Translations under genes and position numbers: made by a program
Part shown: positions 37,009-46,628 of the stretch, piece after piece
Numbering within the stretch: position 1 is the first letter of the stretch
How the letters are laid out: every line of letters begins with the position of its first letter
IMG/VR virus record: IMGVR_UViG_3300020205_001884
Location: 1 to 54,806 of that record
DNA length: 54,806 nt
DNA from: a virus
Taxonomy: Duplodnaviria > Caudoviricetes
Reading direction: 5' to 3' (one strand)
The notes under the pieces: generated by a model
Seen by the model: only the letters and a program-made list of their open reading frames with translations
Told to the model about the DNA's origin: nothing
Database searches by the model: none

Positions 37009-38958
37009 ATGGAAAAAAGCAGTAAACCATTACCAAAGACAAATACCGGAACAAAGGGGTATGGAACTGTAGTTGGTAAAATTGCTAAAATGGTATTAGG
37101 AAATAAGTCTGATATGTCAGCAGCAGCGACTAAAGGTCGTCGACCAGCTAAATCTCCCAGAAAAAGACAGAATAGAAATGTAGCCAAACCCGAAAGAACT
37201 GGTACTCCAGCAGAAAATGCTGAAAGAGTTGTCGGAGGTTCTACTGTAACTAAACCTACTAGTATAGCATCCGGTGATAATTATACTAAAAAAGCACTAG
37301 ACATTTACACCAATCTAGTAAATTTTGTCAAGAAAAGTGTAAATGATTTAGTACAAAAAACAAAAACCATTGTTGGTATGTCCAAAGATACTGGCGTATC
37401 TTCTTCTGTTGGAGCATCCAAAAGCGCATCTGTAAATCCTTCTATAGAAGAATCGCGAGAAACTGCAGAAGGCAAAGAGAAAGAAATTCAATTAGAATCT
37501 GAACAAGTCTCTCTGTTGGAGAAGATTAAAAAAGTATTAGAAAAGATATTGAAGAAGAGCGGTGGTGGCGGTGAAGGTGGGGGAGGACTGCTTTCTTCCT
37601 TGGGAGATGTTGCAGCAATAGCATCATTGGTGCCTGGTAAAGGTAAAATGATGGGTGCATTAGGAAAAAAAGCATTACCAAGGATGGCAGGTCAATTTGC
37701 AGGTATTGCAAAGTCTGGGGGGTTAGCAAAACTAGCCAATGCACGCGGTGCAAGTCCAATAGTAAGTTCATTGGCTAAAAAATCGGATTCTGTAGTTCGA
37801 GGAGTTGGTGCAGTAAAAACTAAGGTGGCAGAGACTGCTACTAAAGCAGCCGGATCAGTTACGAGCAAAGGGGCTCAAATGCTTGGGATGGGCACAAGTT
37901 TAGCTAGTAAAAGTGCCACTACAGCAGGCGCTGCAGGAGCCGCTGGAATAACTGGTGCAGCAGGAGCAGGAGCCGCTGGAATAACTGGTGCAGCAGGAGC
38001 AGGAGCCGCTGGAGCAACTAGTGTTGCTGGAGCAGCGGGTGCTGCAGGCGCGGCAGGTACAGCAGGAAAGAGTGCAGGATTCTTTTCGCGAACATTTAGT
38101 GCTATGGGTGAACTGGCGTCTGCTCCAGCCGCGCTGGCAAAAGCAATTGCTAATCCAAAAGCATTCTTAGCAGGACCTGGTGGCAAATTGATGCTGAAAA
38201 GCATAAAAGGTAGCGCACTGATCTCTGCCGTTTTAGAACCACTCATTGCAGTCTTTACTATAAAAGCCATCCAAGATGATCCAAATATGAGTGTTGAAGA
38301 AAAGAAAAAAGCAATTGGTACAGAATTGGGTGCAAGACTTGGTTCTGGTCTTGGTGCTATCATTGGCGGTGCTGTTGGTACGCTTGGAGGACCACTTGGA
38401 ATGATTGCTGGTGGATTGGTTGGTTCTCTTGGAGGAGAATATTTGGGTGGTGCATTAGTAAACGCAATTGGACCGACTGGTGTGTATGATTTTGCTGCCA
38501 GTATACCCGGTATTGGTCCAAAGATACAGGTAGAGGAAACAAAACCTAAGCAAGATGCTCCTACTGTCCCTGCTGGCCCAGCGCATCCTGAATATGGAGA
38601 CTTACCATCCATGTCTCAGGCAATGCAGAAGCCTACAGTTCCAAGCACAGGAACACCACAGTCCCCAACTCCTGCTACTGGAAGCAGCCCAGTAACGCCT
38701 AGTGCGGTTGCCGCACCATCTGGTAAAGCCTTGCAGACACAAACACAGCAATCTATAAATTCCGGTATACAGCAACAAGCCGAAGCAAGACAACCAATGG
38801 CTTCTACTGCGCCTGGAAATACTGTAATTAATAATTATTACAACACCACAACCAATAGTTCACCTTCTGCTGAATCTAGTGCGCCAAATATGACTGCAAG
38901 TCCAGAACCATCTATGCAAAGTATGTTGGTTGGTAATGTTGGTGGCGTAAGTACATAA
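37009..38958 (+). CDS. Ala/Gly-rich tape-measure-like (gp29-position) protein
   Basis: Follows gp26/gp51; has glycine-zipper hydrophobic helices ('GLGAIIGGAVGTLGGPLGMIAGGLVGSLGG') and a low-complexity C-terminus with 'TVINNYY'. Confidence 0.6.
   Translation: MEKSSKPLPKTNTGTKGYGTVVGKIAKMVLGNKSDMSAAATKGRRPAKSPRKRQNRNVAKPERTGTPAENAERVVGGSTVTKPTSIASGDNYTKKALDIYTNLVNFVKKSVNDLVQKTKTIVGMSKDTGVSSSVGASKSASVNPSIEESRETAEGKEKEIQLESEQVSLLEKIKKVLEKILKKSGGGGEGGGGLLSSLGDVAAIASLVPGKGKMMGALGKKALPRMAGQFAGIAKSGGLAKLANARGASPIVSSLAKKSDSVVRGVGAVKTKVAETATKAAGSVTSKGAQMLGMGTSLASKSATTAGAAGAAGITGAAGAGAAGITGAAGAGAAGATSVAGAAGAAGAAGTAGKSAGFFSRTFSAMGELASAPAALAKAIANPKAFLAGPGGKLMLKSIKGSALISAVLEPLIAVFTIKAIQDDPNMSVEEKKKAIGTELGARLGSGLGAIIGGAVGTLGGPLGMIAGGLVGSLGGEYLGGALVNAIGPTGVYDFAASIPGIGPKIQVEETKPKQDAPTVPAGPAHPEYGDLPSMSQAMQKPTVPSTGTPQSPTPATGSSPVTPSAVAAPSGKALQTQTQQSINSGIQQQAEARQPMASTAPGNTVINNYYNTTTNSSPSAESSAPNMTASPEPSMQSMLVGNVGGVST
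37933..38013 (+). repeat. 33-bp coding tandem repeat (about 2.5 copies; AGAAGITGAAG)
   Basis: gcaggagccgctggaataactggtgcagcagga starts at 37933 and 37966, with a partial third copy at 37999. Confidence 0.85.
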
Positions 38959-38988
38959 AAAAAGGATGATCCGAAGATCATCCCTTTT
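38957..38988. terminator. Bidirectional intrinsic terminator between the convergent tape-measure-like gene and gp32
   Basis: GGATGATC-CGAA-GATCATCC (a cUUCGg loop on the minus strand), with an A-run on the left and TTTT on the right. Confidence 0.85.
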
Positions 38989-39010
38989 GTGAAACTATTA
39001 AAATTTAAAC

Positions 39011-39931
39011 TCAGTCTTCCTTAGCCAACTTCTCGAAGTACGAGAGAGCATTCTCTTCTTCCGCATCTTCATCGACAGCGGTCTTCTTTTCAGGCATCTT
39101 AGGAGCAGGTCTCATCTTCGGAGAACCGAAACGAGCCTCGGCTTCTGCTTCCATCTCTTCCATCTCTTCGGCAGACTTTGCCTTCTTATCGTTACCACCT
39201 TTGAGAACCGAATCCATCTTCGTCTTCAATTCATCATATGACTTGAAGTTTTCTGCAGCAGTGAACTCCTTGAGAGCATATTGCTTCTTCCAAAGTTCTT
39301 CCAACTTGGCATCTTCACCACCAAGCAAAGCCGACGGAGTTTCAAATTCACTCTTGTCGTAGTTGACATAACCCGCAACCTTACGGATCTTCAACTTGAA
39401 ATTAGCACCTTGCCAGAAATCGAAGATGTTGATTGGCTCATCATCCGGGAACTCCGGTTGAATCTTCTCCATCAACTTATCGAAGATCTTCTTGCCATAC
39501 TTGAACAGGAAGATCTTTCCCTCGTTCTCAGGATGCTTTGGATCGGAAACGACCATGATGTTTGAGACATAACTCAACTTGCGCTTACGATCACGCGCAA
39601 CTGTCTTGTCATCTTCATTGCCGCTATTCCACAATTCATTGTTTCCTTCACAGATTGGGCACTTCTTACCCAATGTGGTTGGGCAATTCTCAATGAGCCA
39701 GCCACCCTTACCTTGGAAACCATGACTGAACACACGCGCCCAAGGAATATCTTCTCCCTCAACAACTGGCAGAAAACGAATTACTGCAAAACCATTTGAT
39801 GCTTGATCCAACTCTGGCTTCCAGAATCGATCATCCTTGTAGGACTCTGCACCACCCTTGTTGAGTTTCTCCATCTCCTGAGTGAGTTTGGAGATATCCT
39901 TAGACTTCTTCTTTAAATCTTTAAATGACAT
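39011..39931 (-). CDS. gp32: Single-stranded DNA-binding protein gp32
   Basis: Motifs 'DDRFWKP..D...NG.AVIRFLP', 'ENCPTTLG..CP.CE', 'GK.FLFKYGKKIFDK', 'FDFWQGANFKLKIRKV.GY.NYDKSEF', and an acidic tail 'LSYFEKLA'. Confidence 0.96.
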   Translation of the reverse strand: MSFKDLKKKSKDISKLTQEMEKLNKGGAESYKDDRFWKPELDQASNGFAVIRFLPVVEGEDIPWARVFSHGFQGKGGWLIENCPTTLGKKCPICEGNNELWNSGNEDDKTVARDRKRKLSYVSNIMVVSDPKHPENEGKIFLFKYGKKIFDKLMEKIQPEFPDDEPINIFDFWQGANFKLKIRKVAGYVNYDKSEFETPSALLGGEDAKLEELWKKQYALKEFTAAENFKSYDELKTKMDSVLKGGNDKKAKSAEEMEEMEAEAEARFGSPKMRPAPKMPEKKTAVDEDAEEENALSYFEKLAKED

Positions 39932-39983
39932 TTATATCCTTTCGTGTACGAAATATTAAGAGTTTAGTAACTGTATACGATGT

Positions 39984-40011
39984 ATTATACTGAAATATTT
40001 AGACAAGTCAA
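39984..40011 (-). promoter_or_regulatory. sigma70-type promoter for gp32 (TTGACT-16 bp-TATAAT) with a late-type CTAAATA box (39996-40002) inside the spacer
   Basis: The minus strand reads TTGACTTGTCTAAATATTTCAGTATAAT. Confidence 0.7.
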
Positions 40012-40247
40012 ATGGGAAGTCTAGAAGTTCTTGGAAGAAGATTCAGCGACTGTCCCTCTGCTTTGATCTTTTCAATGATTGGCTTAGACAAATGTTTGGC
40101 AATATATGAAGGATCGATTTCATGATTTTCACAAATTTGAAGAACAGCATCCATATATGAGCAATTCTTCTTTTTGATTATCTTTTCAACTTCTGTTTGT
40201 ATATTTAATTCACCTGATTCAAGTATCATAATTTCTCCTAATATCAT
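40008..40247 (-). CDS. gp33: Late transcription co-activator gp33 (true start probably the second Met at 40229)
   Basis: Motif 'EVEKII.KK..SYMDAVL..CE..EIDP..IAK.LSKPI.EKIK.E...LNLLP....LPI'. Confidence 0.88.
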   Translation of the reverse strand: MILGEIMILESGELNIQTEVEKIIKKKNCSYMDAVLQICENHEIDPSYIAKHLSKPIIEKIKAEGQSLNLLPRTSRLPI

Positions 40248-40834
40248 TGTTTAATAAAACTACCCCAAAATATATCTAAAAACTCATCATACATAAATTT
40301 TTCAAGACCATTACTTTTAACTGCATTTTGTATTTGCTCATAACAAGATTCATAGTTATGAAATGCTCCAACTATATTATATTGTTGTTTTATATTATTC
40401 CAATTTTGCAATTCGTTTGGAGAATCTGCATAATCATGTAACATTATTACATCGTTTAATTTTAAAAATTTACAATATAAATTGAACTCATTAACTTTAT
40501 TTCCACCATCACATAAAAATAAAATTCTTCCTCCATTTTTAATTATTTGTGATAATTGTTCGATGGATGAAGAAGAAAAACAATCTTGAATGTTGATACA
40601 TTTATATGCTCTATGTGTTATTGGTATTTCTATGCACTTAGGATTTATATCGTAACTCAAAAATGCACAATTTTCTTTTTTATTATCATTTAACCATATA
40701 GAAAATCCGCCACGGTTTGTTCCAATTTCTATAATTGTATCAAATTCCTTAATTATTTTAGAAAAAATGTTTAAAGTATTTGGAACCTGTGCTGCTTGTA
40801 TATTTTCTATCCAAATAAATGATTCAGTTGTCAT
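40244..40834 (-). CDS. Class I SAM-dependent methyltransferase (CmcI/Methyltransf_24-like)
   Basis: Motifs 'IIEIGTNRGG', 'LFLCDGG', 'VIMLHDY'. Confidence 0.7.
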   Translation of the reverse strand: MTTESFIWIENIQAAQVPNTLNIFSKIIKEFDTIIEIGTNRGGFSIWLNDNKKENCAFLSYDINPKCIEIPITHRAYKCINIQDCFSSSSIEQLSQIIKNGGRILFLCDGGNKVNEFNLYCKFLKLNDVIMLHDYADSPNELQNWNNIKQQYNIVGAFHNYESCYEQIQNAVKSNGLEKFMYDEFLDIFWGSFIKQ

Positions 40835-40846
40835 AGTTATTTCTTT

Positions 40847-42193
40847 TTATTGTTTAAAAATGTTAGAAAAATATTCATCTACTTTGTGTTCAATATAATC
40901 TAATTGTTCATTAGTTATAACTGGACTTGTCCCTAAGAAAAAAGTATCAGTTGTAACTTTAGTTGCAACTGGAAATTTTAGTTTAGGATTTTCACTATAA
41001 ATTGATTGATATGCTGGTTGAAGTAATAAGTTACCACCAAAATAATTTCTAGTTTGTATTTTACTATCTTCTAAGTACATAGTAAAGTTATTTCTTTTTA
41101 AATTCACTCCATCTCTTATTGTTAATGGAAAGGCAAACCAAGATGGATTTGCCTTTTCGGTAGTCTTTGGGAGATGAAACAAATTTTCATATTTTGCAAA
41201 AATATTATAAAGTCGTTTAAAATTATTTTTTCTAATCTGTATCATGTTATCTAATTTATCTAACTGAACTAACCCAATAGAGGCTTGCATTTCTAGTGGT
41301 TTTAAATTATATCCTATTTCTTCATAAATGTATTTGTGATCCATTATTTCATCTGGAAGAGATGGCAACCAATTACTAAATCGTTTTTTACATAAACCAT
41401 TTTTTAAACATGATGCCGCTTTTCCAGAACAATAACAACCACGCCCCCATTCTCTTAAACTTTTAATAACAACTTCCTGTTCTTTGCTTTTACATGCAAC
41501 AAAACCCCCTTCACCCATAGTCATATGATGTGCGGGATAGAAGGAACAGGATGACATTTCTCCAAAAGAACCCAACAATTTACCATCGTATGTACTACCC
41601 AGTGCATCGCAACAATCTTCTAATAAAATTAAACCATATTTTTTTACTATATGATTAACTTCATCCATGTTGGGAGGGTTGCCTAAGACATGAGCAAAAA
41701 ATAAAGCACTTGCACCATCCTTTGCGGCTTTTTCTAATTGCTCTATATTTAAATTTAATGTATCTATTTCTATATCAATAAAAACAGGAATATATCCATT
41801 TTGTAAAATAGGATTTACTGTAGTTGGAAATCCGGCAACAGGTGTTATTATTTTAGAACCTTTTGGTAAATTATAAAGGTTTTTAGAACCAAGCCCGCTA
41901 ACAATTAATAAATTTGCGCTAGAACCACTATTAGTCAATGCACCATAGGGCTTTCCCAATCTAGTAGAAAACTTATTCTCAAATCTGATACCATTTTCTC
42001 CCAGAGCCAACCAACCATCTAATAAAGTTTCAATAGCACTAATGTATTCGTTTTCATCAAATAACGAACCAGAATATTGAACAACATCTACACCGGGTGT
42101 CCATTTTTTTTGTTTATTTTCTAATTTAAACTGGACCAATTCTTTTATTTTTTCTCGTAAAATCTCATTAAAATTAATATTTATTGGAACCAT
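40847..42193 (-). CDS. rfbH: NDP-4-keto-6-deoxyglucose 3-dehydratase (RfbH/DdhC, DegT family)
   Basis: Motifs 'NSGSSANL', 'AHVLGNP', 'EDCCDALG', and 'SFYPAHHMTMGEGG' (His instead of Lys), plus the Cys cluster 'WGRGCYC...C.....C' and 'DHKY.Y..IGYNLK'. Confidence 0.9.
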   Translation of the reverse strand: MVPININFNEILREKIKELVQFKLENKQKKWTPGVDVVQYSGSLFDENEYISAIETLLDGWLALGENGIRFENKFSTRLGKPYGALTNSGSSANLLIVSGLGSKNLYNLPKGSKIITPVAGFPTTVNPILQNGYIPVFIDIEIDTLNLNIEQLEKAAKDGASALFFAHVLGNPPNMDEVNHIVKKYGLILLEDCCDALGSTYDGKLLGSFGEMSSCSFYPAHHMTMGEGGFVACKSKEQEVVIKSLREWGRGCYCSGKAASCLKNGLCKKRFSNWLPSLPDEIMDHKYIYEEIGYNLKPLEMQASIGLVQLDKLDNMIQIRKNNFKRLYNIFAKYENLFHLPKTTEKANPSWFAFPLTIRDGVNLKRNNFTMYLEDSKIQTRNYFGGNLLLQPAYQSIYSENPKLKFPVATKVTTDTFFLGTSPVITNEQLDYIEHKVDEYFSNIFKQ

Positions 42194-43077
42194 TTGTAAA
42201 TACCTTTTGGATGTTTAGGTGTCCATCCCATATTGTTTATTTTATCAGTGTTCAGTGCATATCGAAGATCTTGTCCCCATCTATTAGGAACAAATTGAAT
42301 AGTGCTTTCGTGATCTACATTATACCAATCTAAAATACTTTTAACAACATTTATATTTTCAATTCTATTTCCACTTCCTATATTGAAAATTTCATTCTTA
42401 ATATTTTTCTCTATTAAAAATAATATAGCATCTGCATTATCTTTTACATAAATCCAATCCCTAACATATGAACCATCTCCATGAATTGGTATCTTTTTAC
42501 CATCTTGTATACATTTGATAGTTTTTGGTATTAATTTTTCTTCATATTGGCGTTCGCCGTAATTATTAGAACTTCTTGTTATAATGTAGTTAATACCATA
42601 AGTTCTGTGATATGCCAATACTAGTGCTTCGGCAGAAACTTTAGTTGCAGAATACGGATTACTTGGTTTTAAAACATCATTTTCCGCAAATTCACCATCA
42701 GATCTGTCTCCATATACTTCATCTGTACTTATTTGAAAAAATAAAGGTCTTTCATATTCTGGTTTACCTCTGCATATCTCCAACAAGTTATGAACACCTA
42801 AAATATTACTATTAATGAATGGTTTTGTATCGTTAATGGAATTGTCAACATGAGTTTCAGCTGCAAAATTTACAATAACATCACATGTTGGTATATTTTT
42901 AAGTTCACATATATCGACCTTCAAATGTTTATAGTTTGGATCGTTGTCGAATGGTAAATTATGATTAGAACAATAGCCCATAAAATCAATATCAAGTACA
43001 GAATGTTTATTTTTTAAACATGCTTCAATAAAATGACTTCCTATAAATCCTCTTCCGCCTGTTGTTATAATTTTCAT
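42181..43077 (-). CDS. rfbB: dTDP-glucose 4,6-dehydratase (RmlB/RfbB)
   Basis: Motifs 'TGGRGFIGS', 'NFAAETHVDNSI', 'ISTDEVYG', 'PSNPYSATK', 'NNYG.RQY.EKLIP'. Confidence 0.9.
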   Translation of the reverse strand: MKIITTGGRGFIGSHFIEACLKNKHSVLDIDFMGYCSNHNLPFDNDPNYKHLKVDICELKNIPTCDVIVNFAAETHVDNSINDTKPFINSNILGVHNLLEICRGKPEYERPLFFQISTDEVYGDRSDGEFAENDVLKPSNPYSATKVSAEALVLAYHRTYGINYIITRSSNNYGERQYEEKLIPKTIKCIQDGKKIPIHGDGSYVRDWIYVKDNADAILFLIEKNIKNEIFNIGSGNRIENINVVKSILDWYNVDHESTIQFVPNRWGQDLRYALNTDKINNMGWTPKHPKGIYKWFQ

Positions 43078-43931
43078 GCTAAATCCTCTATTATAGAATC
43101 AACCGATTCCAAAACTTTTATTTGTTGTTCATATCCATATGATAATAATTTTGTATTATCTAACCACATATTTTGTATTTGTACAATTTTATGAAATTCT
43201 GGTGTAGATATAGATTCTATAATGCTTTTTGAGTTTAATTTATTTTTAGCATAAAAGATCAAATCTCTGATACTCCTTGGTTCAGAATTACTAATATTTA
43301 TTATATCATTTAATGGTGCAGAATCTGTACAAATTTTAATTGCCCTAACACAATCTCGCACATCCATGTAATCACGAATACTACAACCATCGTCATATAT
43401 TTTTATATTTTCATTGTTTCTGAGATTTCCTATCATATATTGTAATGCATTCTTTTTGTTTGAAATTTTTGCATCACCTATTCCTATGATATTTGTTAGT
43501 CTTAATATTCTATAATTTAATCCAAAAGTATGACAATAAGATTTTAAAAGATTTTCTGCTGCATATTTTGTTATTGAATAGAATCCTGTAGGATTGCATA
43601 TAGATGTTTCTTTTGCAGGCAGTTCATTTGTTTTACCATATACAAACCAAGAACTAATAAAATTAAAAACAACTTGTTCTTTACTTTGTTGTTTTATTTT
43701 TTTACACTCTTCTAAAACATCTATGAGTTTAATTAAATTAGTTTCAATATCTAGATATGGATCATCGTAAACATTATAATTATCTACGGTACTAATGAAA
43801 TATAAAATGTTATTAGTTTTTGGTGTATTATCATTTCTTGGTATAGGTATGCTACAATCTGAAAATATTTTTATAAAATATTTTGCAATAAAACCAGAAG
43901 AACCATAAATTGAAAATTTTACATCATTCAT
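43074..43931 (-). CDS. NAD-dependent epimerase/reductase (extended SDR)
   Basis: Motifs 'GSSGFIA', 'FISSWFVYG', 'YSITK', 'RDYMDV.D'. Confidence 0.8.
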   Translation of the reverse strand: MNDVKFSIYGSSGFIAKYFIKIFSDCSIPIPRNDNTPKTNNILYFISTVDNYNVYDDPYLDIETNLIKLIDVLEECKKIKQQSKEQVVFNFISSWFVYGKTNELPAKETSICNPTGFYSITKYAAENLLKSYCHTFGLNYRILRLTNIIGIGDAKISNKKNALQYMIGNLRNNENIKIYDDGCSIRDYMDVRDCVRAIKICTDSAPLNDIINISNSEPRSIRDLIFYAKNKLNSKSIIESISTPEFHKIVQIQNMWLDNTKLLSYGYEQQIKVLESVDSIIEDLA

Positions 43932-43934
43932 AAA

Positions 43935-44726
43935 TTAAAAAGTAACAAAAGGTTCCACTTTAGTATAACGATAATCGTGAACTGTTTCAGTTTTATTATT
44001 AAATTGGGATCTTGGTTCTCCATTAAAACCTACTGCAAAACACATTTCAATATCTTGAACCCAATTTCTATCGTCTTTATGGCCCCAAGATGTAACTTTT
44101 TTAATCATTTCTTCTTTTGTTCTAACCCAACTATAATGATGAAACATTATGCTATCATTTATTCCTGTAGTATATTTTTTGCTTGTAGGATACTGTTCAG
44201 TGTCAAACCAAAACCATCTTTCTGCACCTGTCTCTAAAGAATGTGTATTTATTGCTTGCATATTATGAAAAGATCCACAAAATTCATTAACAGTAGCTCT
44301 CCAGTAAGGTTCTCTGTAATACCAATAACAAGCAAAATTCATATGATCATAATTTTTAATATCAGCCGAAGTCTCCAACCATTCTTTGAATAAATTTCCA
44401 TCAACAATTTCATCTACATCTAAAAATAAAATATTATCAACTTTTCCTACTAAATGATCATATCCCAAAATACGACATTTATTGTGTCCATCTCTTGGAG
44501 CGTGTTTGAAATTTTCTTCAAAAGGAAACGATATGAAAGTAATGTCTGGATTTTGCAATTGAAATTGCTGAATTTTAGTCAAATCTTGCAAATTGCCATT
44601 AAATAATTTTTCGCAAAAAGTAATTACAATATTTTTACTAAATTTTCTAACATTGTCTATACAAGGTTTTAAAAATTTATGATCGTGTTCGCAATAATTG
44701 ATTACAGTGCCTATATTTTTGGACAT
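43935..44726 (-). CDS. Glycosyltransferase, GT-A (GT2-like)
   Basis: DxD motif 'LFLDVDE' and 'HHYSWVR'. Confidence 0.6.
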   Translation of the reverse strand: MSKNIGTVINYCEHDHKFLKPCIDNVRKFSKNIVITFCEKLFNGNLQDLTKIQQFQLQNPDITFISFPFEENFKHAPRDGHNKCRILGYDHLVGKVDNILFLDVDEIVDGNLFKEWLETSADIKNYDHMNFACYWYYREPYWRATVNEFCGSFHNMQAINTHSLETGAERWFWFDTEQYPTSKKYTTGINDSIMFHHYSWVRTKEEMIKKVTSWGHKDDRNWVQDIEMCFAVGFNGEPRSQFNNKTETVHDYRYTKVEPFVTF

Positions 44727-44749
44727 AATAACTCTTTCTAATTAGTTTA

Positions 44750-45409
44750 TCATAATTTTAATATAAAATTCAAATCTCTTCCAGTTCCATGTCCCGTTCC
44801 ATGAAATCCAAACACTTTATTTATGTCATCATTTAACTCAGTGTTCATTTCTAAAGAAAATTTACTTGCCAGTTCAACCGGAGCAAATTTAATTCCATTT
44901 TTCTTTAATACTTCATCAAATACATAACACAACTGATAATCTTCGTTTCCTTCAATATAATTCAATTTGGAAGCTTCTTGCAAGAATTTTTTACTGCGTA
45001 AACAAAAACCACCATTTCCAACTCTTTTATTTGGATCTACCCAATTAAAATATAAAGGCCAAGGAGCACCAATATAATCATATTGTAAAAATTCATCTGT
45101 CCATAAATGTGGATTGATTATAAATCCATCAGTATGGTATATTATACAATACTCAGTATCAACATAATCGTTTAATTTTTTAATACAAAAACGACTATAT
45201 TCTTGGTATGACGGAATATGAACATTATGTATCTCTATGCTAGAATTTAGAGATACTGCTCCAGAAAACCCTGTTAATATTTTTACTTTACCAAAATTTA
45301 TAGATTTTAATGAATTATTTGCTATTTTAAATAAAGTATCAAACTCATTTTTATCGGGGGTTCCGCCTATACCTATCAAAGTTATATTATTTAATGTTAT
45401 CATTGACAT
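44750..45409 (-). CDS. DUF5672-like GT-A protein
   Basis: Motifs 'DGFI.N...W.DEFL.YDYIGAPW', 'VGNGGF.LRS', 'ED', 'FGFHG'. Confidence 0.8.
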   Translation of the reverse strand: MSMITLNNITLIGIGGTPDKNEFDTLFKIANNSLKSINFGKVKILTGFSGAVSLNSSIEIHNVHIPSYQEYSRFCIKKLNDYVDTEYCIIYHTDGFIINPHLWTDEFLQYDYIGAPWPLYFNWVDPNKRVGNGGFCLRSKKFLQEASKLNYIEGNEDYQLCYVFDEVLKKNGIKFAPVELASKFSLEMNTELNDDINKVFGFHGTGHGTGRDLNFILKL

Positions 45410-45993
45410 GTGTATCTATATGATGCTTTGACTTTTCCCATTTGAACTAATTCAAACCCATGTTTTTCTATCAATGCTGTATGAACAACCGTGTGATCAT
45501 AATAATCTGTAATATCATCAAAAACTAAAAACCCACCACACGACATTCTATCTTTAAAAAATAAAACCTGATTATACACATCTTCTAATGTATGACGAGC
45601 ATCAAGAAAAACCATAGAGTATTTTTCATAAATTTTTTGTTTTGTTTCTTCGAAAACAGGAACTCCATCTGAAAATCGTTTAAAAAATTCAGTATCTGTT
45701 AAATTATAAAAAATAAAATTAACAGAAGTATTTTTACTTATACTATAAAGACTGGAAATAGCAGAATTTCTCATTTCATTATCGTATATACATTGTCCCG
45801 GATATGGTAATGTTCCATATGGATCTACTCCGATATGGATTTTGGGGATCGTATATCCTTGTATAATGATTTGACTACTCCCCCCTGCGCGTATTCCAAA
45901 TTCTATAGATAGTCCTTCTATATTATTTGCTGCATTAACAGCATTTTGCAAAATTTCATATTCAGACGAATCTTTTTCTAGTATAATATTCAT
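45400..45993 (-). CDS. SAM-dependent methyltransferase (TylF/Methyltransf_24-like)
   Basis: Motifs 'IEFGIRAGGS', 'GVDPY', 'VFLDARH', 'GG.LVFDD'. Confidence 0.7.
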   Translation of the reverse strand: MNIILEKDSSEYEILQNAVNAANNIEGLSIEFGIRAGGSSQIIIQGYTIPKIHIGVDPYGTLPYPGQCIYDNEMRNSAISSLYSISKNTSVNFIFYNLTDTEFFKRFSDGVPVFEETKQKIYEKYSMVFLDARHTLEDVYNQVLFFKDRMSCGGFLVFDDITDYYDHTVVHTALIEKHGFELVQMGKVKASYRYTCQ

Positions 45994-46616
45994 TGTGTAT
46001 TTCCTAATAATTTTTTATTTTGATAGATAAAATCCTCATGACCAAGAATGCCTTCATGGTAATGTTCTTCTATTTTAAGTATTTGTTCGAATCCTAATCT
46101 ACACAATAATATATCTATTTCTTTTTTATGAGGAGATTTGATATTATAATCAATATTTGCAGTTTCTACCTGTATATATTTACATGCCATAATTGTATTG
46201 ATTCCGCCGCTAATAATATCAAATTCAGTTCCTTGTGTGTCTAGTTTTATATACTCAAATGTTTCTGTGTGATTCTCCAATAAAGCATCCAATGTATTGG
46301 TCTGTATCTCTATGAAGTCATTTTCTGTAAAGTGTATGGTATTTTCTTTGTAATACGATGATCCTGTTGATATTAAAAATAAAGGATTTATATAAAATTT
46401 TACTGTTTTTATAGTATCAGATAGGCAGCAAATTTTATAATTTAAGTTTTTATCTTTTAAAAAACATTCACAATATGGATTTGCTTCTATAGATAATGTT
46501 TGTCTATTATTCCCACGCACCTGTTCCGCCCATTCTCCTGTATTTGCGCCAATATCTAGAATTCTTGTTATATTATGTTCATTTAAAAAATTTAGAATTG
46601 TAGTGTATGGTGTCAT
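45990..46616 (-). CDS. FkbM-family methyltransferase
   Basis: Motifs 'ILDIGANTG.W', 'IEAN', 'TLD', 'IKLDTQGTE'. Confidence 0.85.
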   Translation of the reverse strand: MTPYTTILNFLNEHNITRILDIGANTGEWAEQVRGNNRQTLSIEANPYCECFLKDKNLNYKICCLSDTIKTVKFYINPLFLISTGSSYYKENTIHFTENDFIEIQTNTLDALLENHTETFEYIKLDTQGTEFDIISGGINTIMACKYIQVETANIDYNIKSPHKKEIDILLCRLGFEQILKIEEHYHEGILGHEDFIYQNKKLLGNTQ

Positions 46617-46628
46617 TATAATTTCCTA

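Noticed and set aside
37875-38612. 245-aa minus-strand Pro/Ala-rich ORF
   Set aside because: It is the antisense shadow of the Gly/Ala-rich tape-measure-like gene.
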